The position numbers and the translations under genes were made by a program. The notes beneath the pieces are model-generated. The model had not been told where the DNA came from and searched no databases. It worked only from the letters and a program-made list of their open reading frames with translations. From the human T2T-CHM13v2.0 reference genome, Homo sapiens: a stretch of 64,000 nucleotides of DNA. This document shows positions 1 to 19,830 of the stretch, in pieces (within the stretch, counting starts at the first letter, position 1; each line of letters starts with the position of its first letter). The stretch lies in the NCBI RefSeq assembly GCF_009914755.1, contig NC_060943.1. One strand, 5' to 3'.

Positions 1-854
1 TCACTGCAAGCTCCGCCTCCCAGGTTCATGCCATTCTCCTGCCTCAGTCTCCCGAGTAGCTGGGACTACAGGCACCCGCCACCACGCCCGGCTAATTTTT
101 TTTTTTTTTTTTTAGTAGAGATGGGGTTTCACTGTGTTAGCCAGGATGGTCTCGATCTCCTGAACCTGTGATCCGCCCGCCTTGGCCTCCCAAAGTGCTG
201 GGATTACAGGCGTGACCCACCGTGCCCGGCCTAATTTTTGTATTTTTAGTAGAGACCGGGTTTCACCATGTTGGCCAGGCTTGTCTCAAACTCTTGACTT
301 CAGGTGATCTGCCCACCTCGGCCCACCAAAGTGCTGGGATTACAGGCTGAGCCACCGCGCCCTGCCTATATCCTAAGCTACTTATTTGCAAAAATCCCAA
401 TCCCCGCACTTTGGGGGGCTAAAGCAGTAGGATCACTCCAGCCAAGGAGTTCTGGATCAGCTGGGATGACAGAGGGAGACCCCGTCTTTACCAAAAATTA
501 AATAAAGAAAAATTAGTTGGGCATGATGGTGTGTGCTTGTAGTCCCAGCTACTCGGAGGCTGAGATGGGAGGCTCGCCTCAACCCAGGAGTTTGAGGCTG
601 CATTGAGCTATGATCGCACCACTGCACTTCAGCCTGGGCAAGAGAGTGAGACTCTATCTCTAAAACAAATAAATAAAAAAGGGCCGGGCATGGTGGCTCA
701 CACCTGTAATCCCAGTACTTGGGGAGGCCGAGGTGGGCAGATCACAAGGTCAGGAGTTCGAGACCAGCCTGGCCAACATAGTGAAACCCCGTTTCTACTA
801 AAAATACAAAAAATTAGCTGTGTGGTGGCAGGTGCCTGTAATCCCAGGTACTCA

Positions 855-959
<105 letters not shown>

Positions 960-1286
960 CTAAATAAATAAATTAATTAATTAAAGAAGAATATCAAATA
1001 AACAGTGCAGGGAGTGCGAATATGTGACCGAGATGACTGGAGTGGGATGTCTGGCCTGGCGGGAACACCAGCATTGTTGTCACAGTTCAGTGAGATCTCA
1101 AGTTTAGTCACGTATTTATGCAGGAGCGGAGTGGCGAAGGGGGAAGAGGAGGAGGGCGGGGAGAGGACAGGGGAGGTTGTGCAGGACCTTGTGGGCTGTG
1201 ACGAGGACTTGGGCTTTGACCCCAGGGGAGGTGGGGTCCATGGAGGGCTGTGGGCAGAGGGACGGGTTCTGACTCAGGTGGTCACA

Positions 1287-1301
1287 GGCGCCCTCTGGTG
1301 G
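1287..1301 (-). promoter_or_regulatory. Candidate CTCF site
   Basis: Minus strand CCACCAGAGGGCGCC, essentially the CTCF core consensus. Confidence 0.6.
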
Positions 1302-1512
1302 CTGCTGTGGGGAGGAGACTGTGGTGGATGAGGGCGGGAGCTGGTGAGCAGGACAGAGGGGACTGCGTTAGTGATGAGATCCCAAGATGCCCGGGAGAAG
1401 TGGCAGGGACGAGGCGGCAGTGAGTGTCGGCACAGACCCCAGGAGGCCGACAGCGGCTTCCGGTCAGGGGGCCTGGGGAGGGGTCCCAGAGCAGCCCGCT
1501 GGCCACACTTAC

Positions 1513-1798
1513 CCAGTTCGGCATCCGTAAGGGGCAGGTGGTTGTCCGCCCACTCCTCCGACTTCCCCAGCACCGTGTCGACCCCACTCAGCACCATCTG
1601 GCCCAAGCGGGAGCCCATGACCGATTGGACGCCGCCGGTCACTACGGACTTTGTCTTGTCCACGCCGCTCTGCACAGCACCGCGGGTCGCGTCCACCGCC
1701 TCCGACAATTGGGTGGCCACCGTGTCCTTGGCGCTAGACACCATCTCTTGGGCCCCCGACACCTTAGACGACACAAGCTCCTTGGTGTCCGCCAGGAC
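1513..1798 (-). CDS. PLIN3: PLIN3 (perilipin-3/TIP47) exon 5 (286 nt); gene continues left of the window
   Basis: Encodes [19 protein letters not shown]...[13 protein letters not shown], matching perilipin-3; acceptor ctcctag| at 1799-1805 and donor |gtaagt at 1507-1512 on the minus strand. Confidence 0.97.
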
Positions 1799-1817
1799 CT
1801 AGGAGATGCAACAGCAT

Positions 1818-2010
1818 CAGCATCTCTGCCTTCCCTCCATATCTGGGCACCCCTCCCCTGCACCCCAACTTCCAGGGAGACCGAGGCGGGGAGCGCCATC
1901 CCCCGGGTGACCCCAGCATCTCCGTCTTCCCTCTGTATGTGGGCACCCCTCCCCTGCACCCCAACTTCCAGGGAGACTGAGGCAGGGAGCGCCATCCCCC
2001 AGGTGACCCC
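1818..2010. repeat. Two-copy 96-bp tandem repeat
   Basis: Units start at 1818 and 1914 (cagcatctc...gggcacccctcccctgcaccccaacttccagggagac...gtgacccc). Confidence 0.95.
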
Positions 2011-2060
2011 GAGTCTGGAGTTGTGGGCATGACCTCATACTCTGCAGCCAGACTACCTAG

Positions 2061-2327
<267 letters not shown>

Positions 2328-2330
2328 TGA

Positions 2331-2489
<159 letters not shown>

Positions 2490-2540
2490 TAGTAGAGATG
2501 GGGTTTCACCATGTTGGTCAGGCTGGTCTCAAACTCCTGA

Positions 2541-2828
<288 letters not shown>

Positions 2829-2840
2829 TAATTTTTTTGA

Positions 2841-3160
<320 letters not shown>

Positions 3161-3202
3161 TAGCCGGGTGCAGTGGTGCATGTCTGTAATCCTTACTACT
3201 CA

Positions 3203-3391
<189 letters not shown>

Positions 3392-3735
3392 TCATCTGTC
3401 AATACCTGCTGTTCTCGAATCTAAGTCTTTTTTTTTTTTTCTTTTGAGACAGGGTCTCACTGTGTCACTCAGGCTGGAGTGCAGTGGTGCAATCATAGCT
3501 TACTGAAGCCTTGACCTCTTCGGCTCCAGCGATCCTCCCACCTCAGCCTCCCAAGTAGCTGAGACTACAGGTACGCACCACCACACCCGGCTTATTTTTT
3601 TATTTTTTGTAGAGACAAGGACTCTCCATGTTGCCCAGGCTGGTTTCGAACTCCTGGCCTCAAGCAGTCCTCCTGCTTTGGCCTCCCAAAGTGCTGGGAT
3701 GACCGACATGAGCCACTGTGTCCAGCTGAAGCTAA

Positions 3736-4113
<378 letters not shown>

Positions 4114-4315
4114 TGAGCCAACGCCCCCGATGACAGTCAGGTTCTAACAGCCCCACTACTCAGTGAACACGCACGTTCTCACACTGGCCCGGATTAAAAT
4201 CTAGCTCTGACAACACCACCGTCCCCCAGAACCTGGGGAAAGTTACCTCTTCACAAAGGGGGAAAAAACTCATAGGGCCCAGAATTGAGAGAGCATTGCA
4301 CCTCTCAAAAAGTCA

Positions 4316-4822
<507 letters not shown>

Positions 4823-5763
4823 TTATCCCTTCTATAAACAGAAAGACTGTTGGCCTCCTACGCTATCAGTGGGAGAGAAAGGGAAGCAAGGGCTTGGCCC
4901 TGAGACGGGGGCTCCTGGTTGACGTTTCCCATCTTCCTGTAAGCTCAGCAGTTTCCATCCCCCCTCAGCCAAGCCCACTATTGGCCTTTGCTGATAAGGT
5001 GTAGGCATGGCTGGGCATAGTGGCTCACAACTATAATCCCAGCACTTTGGGAAGCCAAGGCAGGCAGGAGGATTGCTTGAGCCCAGGAGTTTGTTTTTTG
5101 TTTTGTTTCTGAGATGGAGTCTCGCTCTGTTGTTCTGATCTCGTGATCCGCCCGCCTCGGCCTCCCGAAGTGCTGGGATTACAGGCGTGAGCCACCGTGC
5201 CTGGCTAGCCTGGGAGTTTGAGACCAGCCTGGGCAATATAGCAAGACCCCATTCCTACAAAAAATTAAAAAATTAGTCAGGTGTGGTGGTGCACACCTGT
5301 AGTCCCAGCTTCTCAGGAGGCTGAGAGCTGGGAGGATTGCCTAAGTCTAGGAGGTCAAGGCTGTAGTGAGCCAAGATCACGCCACTGCACTCTAGCTTGG
5401 GCTACAGAGCAAGACCTTGTCTCAAAAAAAAAAAAAAAAGTGCAAGTTGACAACCGCTCTGCTGTTTCCCAGCTAAGGCCATTTCTGCATAAATGGGAGG
5501 TGAGGAAGTCTAACCATGATGGGACAGCACAGCTCCCCGGCATACAGTAGGCACTCAATAGCAAGTGGATGAATAAGCTGCCTGTCCCTGCAGGTGGTCT
5601 CAGGGAAAGTCCAAGGATGCTGGGATGCGGCTGGCTTGTCCTGCCTCCAACCCAGGGATCACCTATTTCTGATGCTACAGACCCAGACACAAGCAGGTGG
5701 TACCCGAGGGTGGCCCTTCTGTAACCACTGGGCTGAAGCGGACATGGAGCACCTGAATACTTA

Positions 5764-6303
<540 letters not shown>

Positions 6304-6527
6304 TCAAGTGATACTCGTGCCTCAGCCTCCCGAGTAGCTGAGATTATAGGAACTCACCATCACGCCTGGCTGATTTTTGAATTTTTAGTAGACACAGGGT
6401 TTCACCATGTTGGCCAGGCTGGTCTCGTACTCCTGATCTCAAGTGATCTGCACGCTTCGGCCTCCCAAAGTGCTGGGAGTAAGGCGTGAGCCACCACGCC
6501 TGGTCTGTGCCTCATTTCTTCATCCCA

Positions 6528-6826
<299 letters not shown>

Positions 6827-7002
6827 TCAGGAGGCTGAGGCAGGAGGATCTGTTGAGCCCAGGAGTCTGAGAACAGCCTGGGCAACATGGTGAAAACTCG
6901 TCTCTACAAAAAATTAAAAATAGCCAGGCATGGTGGTGCATGCCTGTGGTCCCAGCTACTTGGGAAGCTGAGATGGGAGGATCACTTGAGCCCAGGAGTT
7001 CA

Positions 7003-7475
<473 letters not shown>

Positions 7476-7849
7476 TTAAAAAAAAAAAAGAGGGGGCCGG
7501 GCACAGTGGCTCATGCCTGTAATCCCAGCACTTTGGGAGGCCGAGGCGGGAGGATCACGAGGTCAAGAGATTGAGACCATCCTGGCCAACTTGGTGAAAC
7601 CCCGTCTCTACTAAAAATACAAAAATTAGCTAGGCGTGGTGGCGGACGTCTGCAACCCCAGCTACTCAGCAGCCTGAGGCAGGAGAATCGCTGGAACCCG
7701 GAGGTGGAGGTTGCAGTGAGCCGAGATTGCACCACTGCACACCAGCCTGGCAACAGAGCAAGACCCCGTCTCAAAAAAAAAAAAAAAAAAAAAAAAAAGT
7801 GAGGCCCACAGAGGCAAAGTAACTTGTGTGAGGGCCACCCAGCTGCTGA

Positions 7850-8122
<273 letters not shown>

Positions 8123-8125
8123 TGA

Positions 8126-8558
<433 letters not shown>

Positions 8559-8570
8559 TAATAAGTTATG

Positions 8571-8748
8571 GAGGTGGCAACATTCTGTGTAAAGGGCCAC
8601 GTAACTAAGATTTTCAGTACTGTGGGTCACAGTCTCTGTCACAACTACTCAACCTTGCCATTGTAGGGTGAAAGCAGTCATAGACAATATGTAAATAAAT
8701 GGGCATGGCTGTGTGCCAATAAAACTTTATTATAAAAACAAGTGGGCT
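8571..8748 (+). mobile_element. MER58A-like hAT DNA transposon relic
   Basis: tgtaaagggcc...caactactcaac...aaatgggcatggctgtgtgccaataaaactttat matches the MER58A consensus as recalled. Confidence 0.75.
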
Positions 8749-9094
8749 GGGCACCGTGGCTCATTCCTATAATCCCAGCACTTTGAGAGGCTGAGGCAGC
8801 TGGATCACCTGAGGTCAGGAGTTCCAGACCAGCCCGGCCAACATGGTGAAACCCCATCTCTACTAAAAATACAAAAACTAGCTGGGCATGGTTGCAGGCG
8901 CCTGTAATCTGGCTGGCTTTGCAATTATTCCTCCAGCTACCCTGTGGGGAGTGGATTCGGGGTGGGGATGGGAACCGACAGGAGAGGCAGCAGGGAGGAT
9001 GCCATCAAGCTTGTCTAGTTAAGCTGGGACCAGCGCACTCCACACCCAGGTAGGTCCCTGTCTCGACAGAGCCCCTGAGGACGGACATCGTTAC

Positions 9095-9177
9095 CTTCTC
9101 CGTGGGCTGCTGCAGGATGGGGAGGTTCTCCTCCAACTTGTCCAGCCCCCTGTGGGCGTATTCGCTGGCTGATGCAA
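9095..9177 (-). CDS. PLIN3: PLIN3 exon 4 (83 nt)
   Basis: Encodes (I)[27 protein letters not shown]; acceptor ggcag|, donor |gtaacg; phase consistent with exons 3 and 5. Confidence 0.97.
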
Positions 9178-9330
9178 CTGCCAACAACAATTAAGACGCA
9201 AATGTGACTGCTGGAAGGTCACCTAGTAATGGTTCAGGGGGACAGGACCAAGAGCTGGGTAGACCCCCCTACTCCCCACCCAGGGAAATGACCAGGAGGG
9301 GAATTCAGTGCCCCCTGGGACTTCACCCAC

Positions 9331-9529
9331 TCTGGGGCTCCAGCTTGGAGAGGATCGGCTGAGCCCCGCTGACAGCAGCCGCCGTGAGGGTCCTCACTCC
9401 CTTCTCTGCTGCGTCGCAGACAGTCTTGACGTGCGGGTAGCTCTCCTTGGTGGAGGCATAGGCTGCGGACACCATGTCGCAGGTGGAGCTGATCAGAGGC
9501 ATGCTGGCCACACGGTCCACCACACTGGG
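9331..9529 (-). CDS. PLIN3: PLIN3 exon 3 (199 nt), PAT domain
   Basis: Encodes [38 protein letters not shown]...SKLEPQ; acceptor cctgtag|, donor |gtgggt. Confidence 0.97.
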
Positions 9530-10186
9530 CTACAGGAGAGAAGTGGCTCAGGCAAACTGGGTGGGGGAAGATGGGGAGCTCAGCCGGAAACTCAGGGTGC
9601 CCTGCAGTTTTGCTCTTACTCCTGGCCAGTGAAACGGCTCAGTTTACCCACACTTTGCATCCAGGCAGTTGCACAAGCCAGGAACCTTGGGGTTTCGCCA
9701 CGTGCTTCCTTTATTTTTATTTTATTTTTGAAACGGAGTCTTGCACTGTTGCCCGGGCTGGAGTGCACTGATGCGATCTCAGCTCACTGCAACCTCCACC
9801 TCCCAGGTTCAAACGATTCTCCTGCCTCATCCTCCTGAGTAGCTGGGATTACGGGTGCCACCACGCCCAGCTAATTTTTTTGTATTTTTAGTAGAGATGG
9901 GGTTTCACCATGTTGGCCAGGCTGGTCTTGAACTCCTGACCTCGTGATTCGCCCACCTCAGCCTCCCAAAGTGCTGGGATTACAGGCGTGAGCCACCGCA
10001 CCCAGCCCACGTGCTTCCTTGAACACAGGCTATTTACATGAGCCTGCACTTTATCCCAGCGATGTGCCAGGTGGTGATAAGGGACAACAGTTCCATTCTC
10101 ATGGCAGTTAGGGTCTAAACCGGGGGCTGTAGACCACAGCCCATGGGTCACAGCCAGCGCACCACTTGATTTTTAAATTTTAATTA

Positions 10187-10498
<312 letters not shown>

Positions 10499-10833
10499 TC
10501 ACCTGAGGATGAGAGATCTGGAATAGAAACTGGCCTCCTAGGACGTCCCTGAGAGAGCCTTCAGAGGTGAGGATGATTTGGCTCAGGGGTTGGGGAGGGC
10601 AGGTAGTTTCAGACAGAACCCTGCTCCCTCAGGCCCTCCAAGGGCCTTTGAGATTCCCCCCTCCCAACTGGGGACACCAGTGAGTGGTCCATACCCCACT
10701 GAGGAATAAATCCCTCTGGCTCCGTGAGCTGCCGGCAGATCCCTGGCTCCCTGCCAGGGCACCCTGGGGTGGGAAGCCTCCTTGCACGGGAATCACAGGG
10801 TCGGGGCAGTCCCTGGTCCCGGCCCTTCCTCAC

Positions 10834-10899
10834 CTGCTGTACCGGTTCTTCCACTGTCACCTGGGTGCTGCCATCAGCCTCTGCCCCGTCGGCAGACAT
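10834..10899 (-). CDS. PLIN3: PLIN3 exon 2 coding part (exon spans 10834-10916), contains start codon
   Basis: ATG at 10899-10897 in gagaccATG context; encodes [22 protein letters not shown]; donor cag|gtgagg; acceptor ctcctcag| at 10917. Confidence 0.97.
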
Positions 10900-11628
10900 G
10901 GTCTCTGCAGCAGACGCTGAGGAGAGAGGAACAGTCAGGTACAGCCTGCCTGGCCCCACCTTCCAGGAGAAAGTCCAGGCCCACGCTGCAGCTGGAAGAC
11001 AGGGTTCACACCTGCCCATGACTTACAGCTGTGTCTTTCAGTCCTTAGCAGGCACAAGAGTGACCTCTGGACTTTGTTCAATAGCAAGTGCTGATTCTAA
11101 AGCTTCGGGATGGGGCTCACCTGGCCCCCTATTTCTTTTTTTTTTTCTTTATTTTCTTTGGAGACAGTCTCACTCTGTCGCCCAGGATGGAGTGCAGTGG
11201 GGCAACCTGGGCTCACTGCAACCTCCGCCTCCTGGTTTCAAGCAATTCTCCTGCCTTAGCCTCCCGAGTAGCTGGATTACAGGCACCCACCACCACGCCC
11301 AGCTAATTTTTGTATTTTTAGTAGAGACGGGGTTTCACCATATTGGCCTGGCTGGTCTTGAACTCCTGACCTTGTGTTCCACCCACCTTGGCCTCCCAAA
11401 GTGCTGGGATTACAGGTGTGAGCCACCACACCTGATCCTTTCTTTTTTTTTTTTCTCATTAAAGACAGGGTCTTGCTCTGTCACCCAGGCTGGAGTACAG
11501 TGGTACAATCACAGCTCACTGCAGCCTCTAACTCCTGGGCTTAAGGGATCCTCCTGCCTCAGCCTCCCAAGTAACTAGGACTATAGGCACACACCACCAC
11601 GCCTACTTAATTTTTTCTTTTTGGGTAG

Positions 11629-12052
<424 letters not shown>

Positions 12053-12401
12053 TGACCCTGCATTTCTAAAAGGCTCCCAGGCAGTGTTGATGCAGCTGGT
12101 CCCTGGGACACACGTCAGGAAGCAAGGCTTGGGAACAGTCCCTTCAGGGCTCACCTGTACTCCAGCAAGCCAGGTATGACCTAAAACCTCTGTAGAGGAC
12201 AATTTGCCAATAGCTGTCAAGTTCCAAGAGCCATCTTCCCCTTGACCCAGAAACCTCACTTCGGGGAAGAACCCACACCTGTGTTTCCACATGAGCAGAG
12301 CTGTGTGGACTTACTGGCCACAACATGACACTGGAAACAACCTGGATGCCCAGCAAAAGGGGAATAAGAAAACAACAAGTGTGGCCAGACACAGTGGCTC
12401 A

Positions 12402-13036
<635 letters not shown>

Positions 13037-13211
13037 TCATATGGGCCAGATGTGGTGGGTCACACCTCTAATCCCAGCACTTTGGGAGGCCGAGGCAGGA
13101 GGATCACCTGAGGTCAGGAGGTGGAGACCAGCCTGGGCAACATGGCAAAACCCCGTCTCTACTAAAAATACAAAAATTAGCCAGGCGTGGTGGTGCACGC
13201 CTCCATGTTTA

Positions 13212-13576
<365 letters not shown>

Positions 13577-13602
13577 CTACAGGCACGCACCACCACACCT
13601 GG

Positions 13603-13605
<3 letters not shown>

Positions 13606-13637
<32 letters not shown>
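13606..13637. repeat. (GT)n microsatellite in an Alu linker
   Basis: Directly visible. Confidence 0.95.
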
Positions 13638-13639
<2 letters not shown>

Positions 13640-13990
13640 TTTTGTTTTTTTTTTTTGGACAGGGAGTCTTGCTCTGTCATCCAGGCTGGGGTGCAGTGGC
13701 GTGATTTCGGCTCACTGTAACCTCCGCCTTCTGGGTTCAAGCGATTCTCCTGCCTCAGCCTCCTGAGTAGCTGGGATTACAGGCGTGCACCACGTCTGGC
13801 TAATTTTTTGTATTTTTAGTAGAGATGGGGTTTCACTATGTTGGTCAGGCTGGTCTTGAACACCTGACCTCGTGATCCACCCGCCTCAGCCTCCCAAAGT
13901 GCTGGGATTACAGGATGAGTCACTGCACTCAGCCGTGGTTTTTTTTTTTTGTTGTTGTTGTTGTTGTTTTGTTTGTTTGTTTTTTAGTAG

Positions 13991-14203
<213 letters not shown>

Positions 14204-14599
14204 TGAGTCTATGTAAGCGGGATGAAGCCACAACTCCCTTTTCCTGGACTAGTGAAATGAAGCTGGGACACCATCATCAGAAGAGATTCTCAGGGGGAAG
14301 CCAGGAGTCCCAGCTCCACCTACGCTATGCTCCCTGGAGCAAGGCGCCTTCCCCTCCTCTGGCCTCGGTCATCTTACCTGTAATATGAGGCTAAAGGGTC
14401 GGGCATGGTGGCTCACACCTGTAATCCCAGCACGCTGGGAGGCTGAGGTGGGTGGATCATGAGGTCAGGAGTTCAAGAGCAGCCTGGCCAACATACTGAA
14501 ACACTGTCTCTACTAAAAATACAAAAATTAGGTGCGGGTGTGGTGGCGGGCGCCTGTAGTCCCAGCTACTTGGGAGACTGAGGCAGGGGAATTGCTTCA

Positions 14600-15002
<403 letters not shown>

Positions 15003-15075
15003 TCATGCCTGTCTTATGGGCTGCTTTCCTGGGGAATTCTGGTGTGAGCCTAAGAACCTGTGGCCTTGAGTCTGA

Positions 15076-15415
<340 letters not shown>

Positions 15416-15493
15416 TAGCCAGGATCGTCTCGATCTCCTGACCTCATGATCCGCCCGCCTCGGCCTCCGAAAATGCTGGGATTACAGGCGTGA

Positions 15494-15838
<345 letters not shown>

Positions 15839-16949
15839 TAGGAATAGGAGTTTGGGAAGGCAGCATCCCCTAGGAGTCTTGCTTGCCACATCTGTGAAAT
15901 GTGTATAAGTGTTTCACAAGAGCCTGGAGTCCCTGTGGACTGGAGGAGACGCTGCTCCGGGGAAGCTCAGATCCGTGCCCGGCACATAGTAAGTGCTCCA
16001 TAAACTATCTCACCGCACTCTGGCTTCCACGGACAAAGGGGTAAAGCCAGCCAGGAACCAGCTTCCTGCTAGGTACAAAAGTCCCCCAACTGGGAAGTCA
16101 GGTGAGAAGACATACCTACCTCCCAGTGATCATTGCCTAAATCTGTGCTTCTCCTCACCTCCTTTGGAGCCTGAGCTCACCTGGGCAGGGGGCCAGGTAG
16201 GCAGGCATCAAACTCCTGGCCTCGACCGATTCTCAAGTCCCACTTAGGACTCAGGCAGCTTCCTCCCGTCCCCTCTGTCCACCATGACTTCCTGGAACTG
16301 GTTTAAGCAAGGGTGGCCATGGCAGATGTCAACACCCTATGAAACCCCTGGGGGTCAGTGACCTGCCTTGCCGCTGGCTCCAGAAGGGGAGCTCCAGGCC
16401 AGACCCAGCCATCCAGCAACTTCAGAGCATGCTAAGACTGGACTTCCAAAATTCCAAGGGCCCCAGGTCCCACTGCCAGGCCTAGCCGGGACAAGAACCC
16501 CAAAGCAGTTAACGGATAGGCCTTCCTACTTTTAAGCCACCTCGTCGCCACGCCCACCCGAGGGAAGTGGGCAGGCTTTGCCCAAGACCTCCCCAGAATC
16601 AGTTGGGGGCGCCAGGAGCTGGGGCAACCCCCACCCCCACCCGTGGCAAAACCATCTGTAGGGGAGGGGGCTTTGCGGTGGCGGGGGGTGTCTCTGAAAA
16701 CCCCAGAAGGGAGGGCGGAGATTCTGCCCGCAGGAGGAAACTTGCCTGCAAATGGCGTTTCCAAAAGCAAACTGTTCAAAATTTAGAGAAAACCTGGTGG
16801 GCGGGGGGCGGTATTTAGCCCACCCCCTTCAATATCACCCCTTCTACGGGGCTCTTTCGCCCCTCAAAAGTCCCAGGAAGTGAGAAGAGGGTTTCAAAGT
16901 CTGAGCTTCGTTGCAGAAGTTGGATTTTTCTGGGGGGAGGGGTGACCAG

Positions 16950-17590
16950 CCTGGGCTGAAGACCCCTCCCCAGGCCGCAGAGTCCAGCAAATCCCACCCC
17001 GAGAAAGGCCCTCCCCTACCCCTCCGGCCCCTGGGGTGCCCCAGGACTCCATGGACACCGCCCCCCAGCTCAACTGAGACGCCCCCGCCACTCACCGCGG
17101 TCAACCGGACGTCCCAGGAACAGCGGCCGCGACTTCAAAACCAGCTTGGAAACCGTCCGGGCCGGGGCGGGGGTGGCTTTTACTGCGTGGTAGGTTGGGG
17201 GCGCACTGGAGTGACGGGCGAGGGGACCAATCAGGTTGAGGGATTGCCCGCGCCAGGCCCGCCCCTCTCCTCCCTGCCCCGCCTCCACTAGGCCCCGCCC
17301 CTCGCCAAGTCATGAAGTCCGGGAAGGACTCCACGCCCTGCCCCTGAAGGGGAGGGAGCACTCTTGGACCACGCCTGTCCCAGCCACGGGACCCCCGCTC
17401 CGCAGCTGGGGACCCTGTGAAGTTGGCCCTGGGAGGTGAGTGCGATCGGGGGCGCCGCACAGGTGCTGGGATTCCCCAGGTCGCCCATTTCCCCTATGGC
17501 CAAACTGAGGCTGCGAGAACCCTGGGAGAGTTGCAGGGTGACCCTCGCCAGCGCGTCAGGGGCCACGCCCTCCACCATGGGCTCCGACTC
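16950..17590. promoter_or_regulatory. PLIN3 CpG-rich promoter
   Basis: CpG-rich and Alu-free; CCAAT at 17228-17232; several GC boxes (ggggcggggg ~17164, ccccgcccc ~17293). Confidence 0.8.
17096..17160 (-). other. PLIN3: PLIN3 non-coding exon 1 (5' end approximate)
   Basis: Donor gcg|gtgagt at 17090-17095 on the minus strand within a CpG-rich promoter; no ATG; splices to exon 2. Confidence 0.8.
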
Positions 17591-17598
17591 AGCTATAT

Positions 17599-17600
<2 letters not shown>

Positions 17601-17630
<30 letters not shown>
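17601..17630. repeat. (AC)15 microsatellite at the edge of the PLIN3 promoter
   Basis: Directly visible. Confidence 0.95.
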
Positions 17631-17632
<2 letters not shown>

Positions 17633-18560
17633 TTTTTTTTTTTTTGAGACACAGTCTCGCTCTGTCGCTAAGGCTGGAGTGCAGTGACGCGACCTTGGCT
17701 CACTGCAGCCTCCACCTCCTGGATTCAAGCGATTCTCCTGCCTCAGCCTCCTGAGTAGCTGGGATTACAGACACGTGCCACCACGCCCGGCTAATTTTTT
17801 GTATTTTTAGCAGAGACGGGGTTTCACCATGTTGGTCTTGAACTCCTGACCTCAAGTGATCTGCCCGCTTGGGCCTCCCAAATTGCTGGGATCACAGGTA
17901 TGAGCCACCGCACCCGGCCCAACCCAGCTATATGAGTGACTTGAACCACCACGGGAACTTGTCCAGCCTCCGGCCTGATCTGCCCAACATCAGACCACTT
18001 CATCCTCCCAGCACTGTATTGTCTTTTTAATCATCCCTATTTTGCAGAGAAGGAAACTGAGGCCTGGAGAGGGTCAGCCAGGGGCAATGGAGGGGTCAGG
18101 CTCCAGGCTCTGTGACTGCTGGATCAACCTTTTCCTGAAGCTGCCCCCACTTGGATTTTACCCCGCCCCTCTCCACCTCCCAAATTATTTATCCTCTTGG
18201 TCTATAAACCAAGGTCTCAATCTCAGATGGTCCAGGGAGGAGGTGAATATTTCTGCTGAGGAGGTGGCAGTGATGCCCTGCTTAGAGGGGCAGGGGAGAG
18301 CAGTGCCCTATGGGAGACCCACCTGGAGAGTCACAGATCCACAGGAAGTTCAAGCTGTAGACATGTCCTGCCTGTTAGGGAACAATTGGACCAAATGAAA
18401 CCCAACTGGGGCTTTGTCCAGCCCAGGGGCCACCAGTTTGCCACCTCTGCCAAATTATTTGAATAGAATGAAGCTTCTGGTAGCTTTAGAAAGAACATGG
18501 GAAAAATTGGGTGTCTGTGACTGCATTTTTTTGGGGGGGTGAGTGGGGACAGGGTCTATG

Positions 18561-18985
<425 letters not shown>

Positions 18986-19059
18986 AACTTCAGGCAGCTA
19001 GTGAGATTCTCAAGTGAATCTGAGACCCCATTCCATGACATTTGTAACAGGCTTTTTCC

Positions 19060-19830
<771 letters not shown>

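Noticed and set aside
1344-2032. Plus-strand ORFs of 152 and 202 aa
   Set aside because: Antisense shadows of PLIN3 exon 5 extended by the 96-bp repeat
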